62,687 nt of DNA from an uncultured Candidatus Saccharimonas sp. (GCA_964516285.1 CAZEWP010000001.1:13272-75958); one strand, 5' to 3'; counted from the stretch's first letter, positions 19,101-28,424 are shown. Notes: generated from the sequence alone by a model not told the origin. Made by a program: numbers and translations.

Positions 19101-19901
19101 TTATTTATTATAGATAACAAATTTTTTATTATAAAAATCCATAAGAGTTACAGCAGGAGCTGCCAATAATTTTTTATCTTTTTTAATATAAAAACTCACT
19201 AAATCTTCTAGCAATACTAGGTATATAGCAATCGCATGGCACCAACTAGGAAATACTTTTATTTTTCCCTTTATAACATCCCTGACAATTTTATTATTCG
19301 CTTCAACTGGTAAAATTGGAAATTGAATTTTAATAATCTTTTCCATAGAAAATTTACCATCTTCAAAAAATAAATCACCATAATGTGGGCCATCAGGATC
19401 TATATTCATCGAACTAAGCATACTACCAGAAATCTGAGCTGTCATAACCCATTTTTTCTGTTTTCTTGCAGCTTCTTGTAATTCTATTGATCTGTCAATA
19501 GAAAAAAATTCTATAGCATCTATTACAACATCACAACCCTCTATAAAACTATCCACATTATCTTTATTGATTCCGTAATCCCATACTTTTAATTTTATAT
19601 TAGGATTTATTCTCATTAATTCATCCGCAACAGCCAACGCCTTGTTTTTTCCAATAGTATCAATATAACAACCAAATTGTCTATTAATATTTGATATCTC
19701 AAAAACTTCTGGATCACATATATTAATATTTTCTACACCTAGTCTGACAAGCATGTGCGCCATTGACCCACCTAATCCACCAGCACCTGCAATAGCTACT
19801 TTCAGATTTTTTATTCTTTCTTGCTCCTTTTGAGTAAAAATACCAATATTTCTTTGAAACATTTCTTCATATTTATATTTCATATCTTTATTTTTAACCA
19901 T
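19101..19901 (-). CDS. ThiF/MoeB/HesA-family E1-like adenylyltransferase
   Basis: 266 aa. Nucleotide-binding loop VAIAGAGGLGGSMAHMLVRLGV followed by DPEVFEISNINRQ. Confidence 0.75.
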   Translation of the reverse strand: MVKNKDMKYKYEEMFQRNIGIFTQKEQERIKNLKVAIAGAGGLGGSMAHMLVRLGVENINICDPEVFEISNINRQFGCYIDTIGKNKALAVADELMRINPNIKLKVWDYGINKDNVDSFIEGCDVVIDAIEFFSIDRSIELQEAARKQKKWVMTAQISGSMLSSMNIDPDGPHYGDLFFEDGKFSMEKIIKIQFPILPVEANNKIVRDVIKGKIKVFPSWCHAIAIYLVLLEDLVSFYIKKDKKLLAAPAVTLMDFYNKKFVIYNK

Positions 19902-19919
19902 AGAATTAAACCTTTCTTT

Positions 19920-20849
19920 CTAAATAAATAATAACATAAATCTATAAAATTTTAATTTTATAGGAACTGTTAAAGATCCTAGGTAATATTTTGTTCCACC
20001 AATTCTAATTAAAAAAAGTGATAAAGGCCAATATTTAATCTTTAAACGATTAAAAAGGTTTTCGTCTATACAAGCTACTGTAATTTTTTTGTTTTTAATA
20101 CAATAGCTAATAACCATTCTATATAGCCCTTTTGCAATTTTTTGACCAGGAAGAGCAGCTAAACTTCCAATCTCAACGACTCTTTCGCCCTCTTTATACA
20201 ATCTTCTGCTTACTTTATTTTTAATATCAAAATTATTAATAACCGGCAAGCCTAGCTCTGAGTTATTAATTATCCTGATAACTCCAACTATTTTATCTTG
20301 CTCCTTAGCAATAAAATATTTTGAATAACGATTAAACTTATCTTTCTGTATGACATCCTTTTGATTCTCAGACAAATATCCGACCTCAACATATCTATTA
20401 AAAAGAAAATTTCTAGCTTTCAAAATTTCCTCGCCCCGAGCTTCCTTATAGATAATAGTTTTTTTATAAGCCTTATTGCCCGTCTTCCATATTATTAAAA
20501 ATGTGGTCACAAACAACCAAACTACAACTAAAACATATAACCACCACGGTAAATTTTTACCAAATATAAAAATATAAAAATAGGGAGCAACCCAGCCAAA
20601 ACGATTAATCACCAACCCTTTAATAAAACCTTCTTCCGATATAAGTTTAGTTATGTCTATTTTTTTTGTTCTAACATATTCTCTTTTGTAATACTGATAT
20701 CCACTCTTTATCATTAGGTATTCTCCAAAATAATAAATTGGTATCGTTATTAAATATAAACAAATATAAAATATTGGGTTTACATTATAAACATCTACAG
20801 CTTGATTAAAAAGATGACTAATAAAATTCATATATTCTATATTATACAT
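19920..20849 (-). CDS. Membrane-anchored GNAT-fold N-acyltransferase (FeeM / N-acyl amino acid synthase-like)
   Basis: 309 aa with 3-4 N-terminal TM helices. The C-terminal region (DKIVGVIRII...LPV...VVEIGSLAALPG) resembles the autoinducer-synthase-like GNAT subfamily. The call is from memory of the family pattern. Confidence 0.5.
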   Translation of the reverse strand: MYNIEYMNFISHLFNQAVDVYNVNPIFYICLYLITIPIYYFGEYLMIKSGYQYYKREYVRTKKIDITKLISEEGFIKGLVINRFGWVAPYFYIFIFGKNLPWWLYVLVVVWLFVTTFLIIWKTGNKAYKKTIIYKEARGEEILKARNFLFNRYVEVGYLSENQKDVIQKDKFNRYSKYFIAKEQDKIVGVIRIINNSELGLPVINNFDIKNKVSRRLYKEGERVVEIGSLAALPGQKIAKGLYRMVISYCIKNKKITVACIDENLFNRLKIKYWPLSLFLIRIGGTKYYLGSLTVPIKLKFYRFMLLFI

Positions 20850-20886
20850 AAGTAGTGTTGTTTTAATATAAAACTTATCTATGTTC

Positions 20887-21417
20887 TTATTTAACTATAG
20901 CTTTAATAATCGCAGGGCTTTCTAAGCATTTATTTATTACTTCACTGAAAGATACTTTACGGCTAATGAGCTCTTCGACTTGATAGGTTTCTTTTTCTTG
21001 ATAACTACATATTTTATAATATTCACGAATCCTTTTTCCAAACTCATAACCATTATCTATATCTTTTGACACTTCTGGTGGTAGTTGAAGAGGTGAGCTT
21101 AAGTTATAAATCCAGTGATCACCGTAAAATATAGATGCACAACAAATTAAATTGTATATTCCATCAATCTTCTTTAAGCCACCCTCTAACCCAATAGCAA
21201 ATAAAATATTATCTTTATGGACGTCTTTAAAAGCATTTTTTGCTCGATTTTTAGCACCAGTGATAGTTTCTTTCTCTGTAGTTGGCTGATCTGACACACC
21301 AGAATCTACATCACATTTTATAATTGAAAATTTATAACCTTTTTTATCTAGACATTCTGCTAAGATATTATATTTATCTTGACTGGTTGACCCAATAGCT
21401 GTTTTTAAAATTTCCAT
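20887..21417 (-). CDS. DUF84 / YjjX-like non-canonical purine NTP phosphatase
   Basis: 176 aa. DSGVSDQPTTEKETITGAKNRAKNA matches the YjjX signature (SGV.EQP..ET..GA.NR). Confidence 0.7.
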   Translation of the reverse strand: MEILKTAIGSTSQDKYNILAECLDKKGYKFSIIKCDVDSGVSDQPTTEKETITGAKNRAKNAFKDVHKDNILFAIGLEGGLKKIDGIYNLICCASIFYGDHWIYNLSSPLQLPPEVSKDIDNGYEFGKRIREYYKICSYQEKETYQVEELISRKVSFSEVINKCLESPAIIKAIVK

Positions 21418-21468
21418 AATTAAACTCTCCTTATGTCATACATTCTTTTTTAGTTAAAGTTATAATAG

Positions 21469-21500
21469 AAAAAATCCCTACCATAAAATACAGTAGGGAT
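21469..21500 (-). terminator. Rho-independent terminator/attenuator downstream of the small peptide ORF
   Basis: On the minus strand: atccctac-loop-gtagggat followed by tttttt. It lies between the peptide ORF and the DUF84 gene. Confidence 0.65.
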
Positions 21501-21594
21501 AGTTTAGTTTTTAACAGAGAGGTTACTTTAATTTAGTTTGATAATATTATCTTTAACTAGTTTTTATAAATACCACCTTACATTTGTATTGTAA

Positions 21595-21744
21595 TTACAC
21601 TTTTTCTTTAAAAGAACTACCACAACAATTTTTACCAGACATAAATATAACTTTAGTAATTGATTCACCAGAGGGTAGAGTTTCTTCTTTGCGAACAGGT
21701 TCCTGAAGATTTTTTCTCTTAACTCGTGTTTGAAGAACTTTCAA
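21595..21744 (-). CDS. Unannotated 49-aa peptide, candidate RiPP precursor: MKVLQTRVKRKNLQEPVRKEETLPSGESITKVIFMSGKNCCGSSFKEKV
   Basis: Translated by hand. A TTG start is preceded by AAAGGAG with a 9-nt spacer, and the codon before the TTG is a stop. It sits 46 nt downstream of the radical SAM/SPASM gene and is followed by a terminator. It is below the ORF-track length cutoff. Confidence 0.6.
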   Translation of the reverse strand: MKVLQTRVKRKNLQEPVRKEETLPSGESITKVIFMSGKNCCGSSFKEKV

Positions 21745-21790
21745 TTAAAACTACTCCTTTCTGTAAGATTTTTTATATCATCTAGAATTA

Positions 21791-23107
21791 TTATTCTAGA
21801 TTTAAACATTTATAATATTTTTGAAGAATATAACTTGTTGTGTCAAATAATATATCAGAACACACCTTCTTGCCAATAAATCTTGCCTTTCGACACCCTC
21901 CTTTACAAATTGGTAGAATCTTACAATTCAAACAATCATTATCATTAAACGGATTAGTATTAATAAAACGATTATACCTAGAGAAATCCTTTTGTGATGC
22001 AAAACCAAAACGCACATTGCCAACAGCTTCCTCTTTTTTCATGCTTTGAGAACACATAAACAAATCTCCGTCTTGATCAATCATGAAAGATTTATCAAAA
22101 TCACATTCGCAAAAATTATAAGATATACCTTCATCAAAAGAATTTGTGATAAAACCCATTTCTTCTGCTCTTTGATAAAGAAATGAAATATTAGCTATGG
22201 GTGATTGTTTTTTTATCTTTTCAGAGAACATTTTTCCAGGACTTCTTCCGTCAGTATGTTCATAAACCAAACGAAAAATTAAAACACAACGTTCTTTAAT
22301 AGCATTAGGTATTCTTTCTAACATAGTTGGTATACTGGCATAATTATCATCAGTTATGTTAACTCTAAGGATTGATGCAACATCAGATTTAGTTTTTTTA
22401 CAATAGTTATTAAAATTTCTAATAATAGTATCAAAAGTCCCATGCCCAGTATTTTTTATAAAGCGGTATGTATTATGAATATCTCTGTCACCATCCAAAG
22501 TTACTTGAACACTTTTAATGTGTAGTTTTTCGATCTGATTAACAAAATCTTCATCAAGCAATACTCCATTTGTAACAAGACTAGCCACATATTCAAATTT
22601 GTATTTATTACGCAATACATCAATCTTCTTTGTTAGGCGTTGAATAGTATCTTTCGAAAGTAACGGCTCACCACCATACCAAGTTAAATAGAGTGATTTA
22701 ATGCCAATAAGCTGACTTTCTAACCATATAATATAATCTTCTTCAGTTTGCCGACTCATAAATTTACCTGTTTTGGATTCAAAACAGTAGGGACAATCAC
22801 AGTTACAAGCAAGATTCGGTAAAATAGTATGTCGTAATATACTTGACGAATACAAACTCCTACTCCATTCAAGTTTAAAAAATTCAAGCTCATCCATACC
22901 ATCATCAATAATAAATAATTGTTCTTTTAATTGGCTAATCATTTTAAGGCTCTCTGCATCAGACACCACAAAATTTTTTTCTATTAATCGCTGATACAAA
23001 ACAACTTCTTCAAGAGATAGCTCAACTATATTTTTATATAGGGTGTTATAGATTATTCCACGACCATCGGGTAAATTAACTAGAAAGTTGTAATATGAAA
23101 GCTTCAA
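21791..23107 (-). CDS. Radical SAM / SPASM-domain peptide maturase (anSME-like family)
   Basis: CNCDCPYC contains CX3CX2C. The C-terminal SPASM motif is CLNCKILPICKGGC (CX2CX5CX3C) with upstream Cys/Gly elements. The ~100-aa N-terminal extension could be an RRE. The preferred start is TTG 23107, with RBS AAGGAGAGG 6 nt upstream; the track start is 23140. Confidence 0.85.
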   Translation of the reverse strand: MKLSYYNFLVNLPDGRGIIYNTLYKNIVELSLEEVVLYQRLIEKNFVVSDAESLKMISQLKEQLFIIDDGMDELEFFKLEWSRSLYSSSILRHTILPNLACNCDCPYCFESKTGKFMSRQTEEDYIIWLESQLIGIKSLYLTWYGGEPLLSKDTIQRLTKKIDVLRNKYKFEYVASLVTNGVLLDEDFVNQIEKLHIKSVQVTLDGDRDIHNTYRFIKNTGHGTFDTIIRNFNNYCKKTKSDVASILRVNITDDNYASIPTMLERIPNAIKERCVLIFRLVYEHTDGRSPGKMFSEKIKKQSPIANISFLYQRAEEMGFITNSFDEGISYNFCECDFDKSFMIDQDGDLFMCSQSMKKEEAVGNVRFGFASQKDFSRYNRFINTNPFNDNDCLNCKILPICKGGCRKARFIGKKVCSDILFDTTSYILQKYYKCLNLE

Positions 23108-23166
23108 CTTTATCCTCTCCTTTTTGTTAAAAATCAACAAACCTTCTTTCGGGTTTATCTATACTA

Positions 23167-23196
23167 GTTATACACCTATAACAGTAACCTTGTCAA
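23167..23196 (-). promoter_or_regulatory. Promoter TTGACA-18 nt-TATAAC for the radical SAM operon
   Basis: Read on the minus strand. Its -35 box overlaps the -35 box of the divergent plus-strand promoter. Confidence 0.5.
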
Positions 23197-23218
23197 ACAT
23201 ATGTAGAGACTATATAAT
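23190..23218 (+). promoter_or_regulatory. Promoter TTGTCA-17 nt-TATAAT for the nucleoside phosphorylase gene
   Basis: Read directly. Confidence 0.55.
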
Positions 23219-23276
23219 ATATTTTGTTAGATATAACTTTTTTATAAAACACCTAATAGAAAGCGTTAGATAGTGT

Positions 23277-24011
23277 ATGATAACCTTTGACCCTAATAAA
23301 CAAGCCATTTTTGATCCACCAACTTTAAATTTAGACAGGCAGGTGGATAAAGCAATTTTAGTTTTTGATGATGAAGTTTGGGAAGATTATATTATTCCTA
23401 ATAAAGATTTAGTTAGTTTTGATGTTAAAAATTTAAAAGGCCGAGTTTTCAATACTTTCCGTTATCTAGAACATCACGGGCAAAACGTTTTATTAGTCTA
23501 TCCATCGACCGGAGGGCCAGCTTCAGCTGGTGACCTAGAACTTTTGATAGCTAGTGGTGTTAATAAAATAGTTGCTTTTGGAACTTGTGGAGCGATGGAT
23601 AAAAATATCCCCAAAAACACGATTATTTTACCAACTAGCGCTATTCGAGAAGAAGGAGTTAGCTATCATTATTTAGAACCTACTGATGAGATAGCTCAAG
23701 AGCAAAATTCAATTAACGCTATGAAAACAGTTTTTATTAAAAAAGGTGTCGATTATTTAGCTGGTAAAGTTTGGACAACTGATGCAGTTTATCGCGAAAC
23801 AGTTGGTAAAAAAGAAGCTTTTAAATCAAAGGGCTGTTTAGCAGTTGATATGGAACTGGCTTCTCTATTAGCGGTGGCTAAATTTCGAGCTATTAAATTT
23901 GCTCAGTTTTTGATCACGGATGATAATATTGATGGTGTCAATAAAAATAGCAGAGATAGAAATTCTAAAGAATTATTAAATCTTGCACTTGAAATAGTTA
24001 AATTATTATAA
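23277..24011 (+). CDS. PNP/UDP-family nucleoside phosphorylase
   Basis: 244 aa. STGGPASAG, AFGTCGAMD and VDMELASL are motifs typical of the uridine/purine nucleoside phosphorylase family. Confidence 0.75.
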   Translation: MITFDPNKQAIFDPPTLNLDRQVDKAILVFDDEVWEDYIIPNKDLVSFDVKNLKGRVFNTFRYLEHHGQNVLLVYPSTGGPASAGDLELLIASGVNKIVAFGTCGAMDKNIPKNTIILPTSAIREEGVSYHYLEPTDEIAQEQNSINAMKTVFIKKGVDYLAGKVWTTDAVYRETVGKKEAFKSKGCLAVDMELASLLAVAKFRAIKFAQFLITDDNIDGVNKNSRDRNSKELLNLALEIVKLL

Positions 24012-24289
24012 CTGAATTAAAAAACTGTAATTTTTTACATACATCGTGAGATAAAGATTTTGTGCTAAATAATAACTATAAAACACGATTACAGATTTTA
24101 AGCCGTGGATTAATTATTGTTTTTTAAATACTTTCCAATAATTGTGATATCCACCATATCAGTATTTAACACTAAAAACTATAGTTAAAGACGCCATAAA
24201 AAATCTTTAACTTTTTAAATTAAGTTATAAAATTCAACATTTACCCATGATTGTGTTACTATAAATTTATTACTAAATAAGTATTTATA

Positions 24290-25861
24290 ATGAAAAACCA
24301 AAAAACACCGAAACCCCAATCACTTCATCATCTATTTGAACAAAAGCGTAAAGAATTTGGAGATCGCCCCTTTATTTGGGATAAATGGCATAGTGAGGAT
24401 TTTACCCCGCATAGCTATAAAGAGATTATTACTGATATTCAAATCGTAGCTAATTATTTATTATTAGCAAAATATAAAGACCAAAGAGTTGTTTTGTTCT
24501 CTGAGAATAGTTATTACTGGTATGTCTGTAATATGGCGATTACTGGCTATGTTGGAATTTCGGTGGCGGCTAATAAAGATTGGCAAGAATATGATTTAGA
24601 AAATGCTTTAAAAGTTGTTGGAGCAAAATTAGTAATTTATTCAGCTAAAAACGCTGAAACAATTGAAGAGCTTCGGCGTAAGTATAAGAATATTGTTTTT
24701 ATTTCTATGGATAAAATTGCGGATATTATTAAACACAAAAGAGAAGAATCACCAGTGGTCAATAAAAAACTACTAGCCGACAATGCCCAAGCTGGCGATA
24801 AGCTATGTCAAATTATATTCACAACTGGATCTAGTGGCCTACCTAAAGCTGTGCCGATTTCCTTTAATAATATGGAACCTTGTTATGACATGATGCTTAG
24901 TCGGCTTCCTTTTACGGCTAACGATCGACACTACCTGTTTTTGCCACTATCTCATGTCTTCGGTAATATGGCGGCCTTAGTTTCTTTCCGTCAGGGACAT
25001 AAACTATATCTCTGCTCAGATACTAAAGCTGTTAAAGAAGAACTTAAAGTTGCCAAGCCAACCATTGTTTGTGGTGTGCCTTTATTTTTAAACAGAATCT
25101 ATGATGGCCTAAATGAATCAACCGTTCAAACCATTAATCGCTTGGCTAAACTTACCACTCCACTGGCTAAAATTGGAATTAATGTCCGTAAAGTTGTTTT
25201 TAAAAAACTCTACAAAGCTTTTGGCGGTAATCTAAAGTATTTCATTTGCGGAGCAGCCCCTTTAAACCCTGATATCAAGCAACTTTTTTTGAATGTCGGG
25301 ATTGATTTTGTTGAGGCTTACGGTATGAGCGAGACATGTGCTTTTATCACTATGGAAAAAAGAGGTCAACAAATTGCTAATTCAGTGGGAACTCCTTATG
25401 ATGCTGTTGATTGCAAGATTATTGATAAAGATAAAAATGGGGTTGGCGAAGTAGTTATTAAAGGGCCAAATGTTTTTGCCGGCTATTACAAACAAGGAAA
25501 AATTGATAAATCAGCTTTTGATAAAAAAGGCTATTTTCACACTGGTGATTTAGGTTATTTTGATAAGCAAGGCCGACTCTTTTTAACTGGTCGCAAAAAA
25601 CGCTTAATCCTAACCTCAAATGGAGAAAATGTTTCACCTGATGAATTAGAGGGCTTAATTGCTAAGCACCTAAAAGCTAAAAATATTAAAGTTTTTGCCA
25701 CTGACGATGGTATTGCCACCATTATTTATCCATTAGAAAATGATGGGCGAGCTAATGATGAGTTTAAAGCTATTATTGATGAACTTAATTTAGATTTGCC
25801 AAAATTTAAACAAATTAGAGTAGTTAACATTAATCGCAGTAGCGAGATGAGTGTTAAATAA
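24290..25861 (+). CDS. AMP-forming acyl-CoA ligase (long-chain fatty acid-CoA ligase-like)
   Basis: 523 aa. AMP-binding core IFTTGSSGLPKAV, YGMSET, GYFHTGDLGYFD and GRKKRLI. Confidence 0.85.
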   Translation: MKNQKTPKPQSLHHLFEQKRKEFGDRPFIWDKWHSEDFTPHSYKEIITDIQIVANYLLLAKYKDQRVVLFSENSYYWYVCNMAITGYVGISVAANKDWQEYDLENALKVVGAKLVIYSAKNAETIEELRRKYKNIVFISMDKIADIIKHKREESPVVNKKLLADNAQAGDKLCQIIFTTGSSGLPKAVPISFNNMEPCYDMMLSRLPFTANDRHYLFLPLSHVFGNMAALVSFRQGHKLYLCSDTKAVKEELKVAKPTIVCGVPLFLNRIYDGLNESTVQTINRLAKLTTPLAKIGINVRKVVFKKLYKAFGGNLKYFICGAAPLNPDIKQLFLNVGIDFVEAYGMSETCAFITMEKRGQQIANSVGTPYDAVDCKIIDKDKNGVGEVVIKGPNVFAGYYKQGKIDKSAFDKKGYFHTGDLGYFDKQGRLFLTGRKKRLILTSNGENVSPDELEGLIAKHLKAKNIKVFATDDGIATIIYPLENDGRANDEFKAIIDELNLDLPKFKQIRVVNINRSSEMSVK

Positions 25862-25889
25862 TTAGTAAGCTAAATTTTACATAGGCGGT

Positions 25890-26797
25890 ATGAAATATAG
25901 TAAAGTTTACATTAAACAAGCTAGCACACATGTCGCAGGTCATGTTTTTGAGCATGTTGTGGCTAATTTTATACAAGAAAACCTCTTTACTAAAGGGTAC
26001 TTAAAACTACTAGATTACCGTTTTGGGCTTATACAGATGATGGCATTGTTCAGATCCGCTTCGAAACACAACAACAAGCAATCCTAGCTGAATTTGAAAA
26101 GAACATAAAACTAGTTGAAGTCTCTGAAAAACTTGTTAAGGTTGCCCTTGAACAGATTAGTTGTGAATATGAAAAACTGCCAAACTTTAAAATTTCTGAA
26201 TTATTAGAAGAAATTAAAGAAATAGTTAGAATAAAATGGGTTGAGTGTGACGATTATTATCGCTCGGCACCGATCCATGATCAAGCTAAGACTTTAAAGT
26301 CTGAGTCTGGAGAATTTGGACGCAAAACACCACAAAATTTTCAAGAATACGCTTTTATTTACGAGATAGAGGGTTGTCCTTTTGAGCTAAAACCTCTAGC
26401 TGTCTATATTGTCTTAGGTCTTGCCTTAAACCAGATTATTAAACTTTATGAGGTGCTTGGTAGTTGTTATGACTTCTCTGATGAATGGGCAGAATACCAA
26501 GAACTGGTTGGATATGCTCATTATTTAAGAGTTCCTAAAAAGTCTCAATTAACTTTGGAAGCTTTGCAAAAGATTGAGCTGGCCAACCGCCAAGAAATAC
26601 TAAATCATGACTTTGCTAAAAAGCTACACAACTATATCCAACACCAATCTCTGTCCGCTCACCATTATTTAACACTATCTGAGATGTATGCTTACTCGCA
26701 CCAGTATATTGGGAAAGCTGGTTGGGATGAAATTAATACTAGTAAAAATATTGAGAAGATACTGAATTCGCTAAAAATTAGAGTAGAAAAAAGATAG
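25890..26797 (+). pseudogene. Frameshifted gene for a protein of about 300 aa with an HxxEH (inverted zincin, M16-like) motif
   Basis: The frame starting at 25890 stops at 26087. A second frame is open from 25994 to 26797 and has no plausible start before 26453. A 1-nt indel between 25994 and about 26030 would join them; tttt at 26021 and aaaa at 26003 are candidate sites. The N-terminus carries GHVFEHV. Confidence 0.55.
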
Positions 26798-26927
26798 TAA
26801 AAAAGTTTAAGATGATTATTCTGGTAAGCTTCTTATGCTTGATACTTCCCTGTTTTTGGGTATGATTAGAGCATCACGTAAATCTTTTCATGCGTGATAT
26901 GTTCTTTTCAGGAAAGGAGCCTCCGTT

Positions 26928-27368
26928 ATGGACAAATTGTCTGATCTCCGCAAACAGCGCAAAAGACTAGCCTCCAAGCGAGACGAAGTGGAAAAAAGAT
27001 TAACGCTAAAGAGAAGATGTCTCAAAAAAACTCTAACGATACCAAGAGACAGAATGGAGCGTGAGATTCAAAGAATGTCTAGCCAGATGGCTAACCACTT
27101 CAAAAATGCTCAATTGCTGTACGGTAAAGCTGGCGCCCGCGATCATGCACAACGCGCTCAAGATCTAAAACAAAGAGTTAAACACGACCAAGAAGTGCTG
27201 GCTGGTGTTAATCGTAAAATCTACTCTCTAGAAAATGATATTACTAAAACCGAGAAAAAATTAGCTAATATCATCGAGGAGTTAGAAGCTTTAGATCGAG
27301 CCTATTATCGTTTGCAGTTGTCTCAGACCAACTTGCCGGATGGTATTGCTTTTGCCACTTCCGAATAG
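26928..27368 (+). CDS. Hypothetical coiled-coil protein
   Basis: 146 aa, highly charged heptad-like sequence. RBS GGAAAGGAG upstream and a terminator downstream. Confidence 0.6.
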   Translation: MDKLSDLRKQRKRLASKRDEVEKRLTLKRRCLKKTLTIPRDRMEREIQRMSSQMANHFKNAQLLYGKAGARDHAQRAQDLKQRVKHDQEVLAGVNRKIYSLENDITKTEKKLANIIEELEALDRAYYRLQLSQTNLPDGIAFATSE

Positions 27369-27377
27369 AACACCCCT

Positions 27378-27402
27378 GCCCTGCTTTTTAGCAGGGCTTT
27401 TT
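27378..27402 (+). terminator. Rho-independent terminator gccctgc-loop-gcagggc plus ttttt
   Basis: Read directly. Confidence 0.8.
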
Positions 27403-27404
27403 AC

Positions 27405-28424
27405 TTAACTTTGCCGGGCAACAATAAAATCGGCTAAAGTTAGAAGTAGTTGTCTAAATTCATTATCTGGTAATGTTTTTAAAGCCTGTTTGGCTAGTTT
27501 GATGTGCTGACTGGCTAAATCTTGAGCTTTCTTTTTAGCAGTTGTTTGATTAATTAATTTTATAATCTCAGCTACTTTAGCATCTGTCATCTCGACTGAG
27601 CTATTTAAAGCTTTTAAGACCACCTGTTTAGCTTGAGTTGGTAATTCAGCAAGCGCTTCTAAAATAACTATGTTACCTTGCTTTTTTTCAATAATGTCTT
27701 TGCCAATTTTTTTACCAAATTCTTGTTCATCAGCAAAAATATCTAAAATGTCATCTTGAATCTGAAAAGCTAACCCAATGTTGCGCCCATAGTCAGCGAC
27801 TTTAGCTATTTGCTTATCACTGGCTTCGGCAACAATCGCTCCAGCTCGACAACAAGCTTCAATTAAACTAGCCGTCTTTTGACTAATCATCAAAAAATAA
27901 TCGTCTTTAGTAATATCTGAGTAGCGATTAGTAACAGCATAGGGTTCATCTTCACGACCAGAACGCTCAAATAAAATATCTTTAATTTCACCCTCAACCA
28001 CTACTTTTAAGGTTTGGCTGTAGAGTCGGCTAAGAGCTAAGTGGTGCTTAGATTTAGTTAAACCCAGTGACATGGAAGCCACATAATTAAGCACTTGGCA
28101 TTCAGCAAAAGATTGCCCGTATTTTTGCCAACAAGTTGGTTGATTGCGCCTAACCACAGAATGATCAATAATGTCGTCAGCTAATAAAGTTGAGTTATGT
28201 AAAATCTCAATCGCTGTAGCTGGATAAAAAAGCTCGTCTAGCTTAGCGCCTAATAGTTGCCCAACAGTTATTACTAAAAACGGTCGAATTCGCTTACCAC
28301 CGATAGCACACTGGTAAACTGCCTGCTCAGCAGTAGAAGGATCTAAACTGTCTGATAGCAATTCTCTCAAGTAAGGTTCGAGTTGTTGATTGGTATTAAT
28401 TAAAGCTTGTTTTAAATTATCCAT
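27405..28424 (-). CDS. Polyprenyl diphosphate synthase (trans-isoprenyl, GGPP/longer-chain type)
   Basis: DDxxD motifs LLADDIIDH and FQIQDDILD. The start is set at internal Met 28424 (MDNLKQ...), because the track N-terminal 31 aa run into the divergent response-regulator gene. Confidence 0.85.
   Translation of the reverse strand: MDNLKQALINTNQQLEPYLRELLSDSLDPSTAEQAVYQCAIGGKRIRPFLVITVGQLLGAKLDELFYPATAIEILHNSTLLADDIIDHSVVRRNQPTCWQKYGQSFAECQVLNYVASMSLGLTKSKHHLALSRLYSQTLKVVVEGEIKDILFERSGREDEPYAVTNRYSDITKDDYFLMISQKTASLIEACCRAGAIVAEASDKQIAKVADYGRNIGLAFQIQDDILDIFADEQEFGKKIGKDIIEKKQGNIVILEALAELPTQAKQVVLKALNSSVEMTDAKVAEIIKLINQTTAKKKAQDLASQHIKLAKQALKTLPDNEFRQLLLTLADFIVARQS

Noticed and set aside
19101-19901. 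Reading the ThiF-like gene plus methyltransferase and GNAT as a bona fide microcin C-type cluster
   Set aside because: The E1-like protein is short (266 aa), without the MccB N-terminal peptide clamp. The only nearby peptide does not end in Asn. I kept this only as a loose analogy within the island finding.
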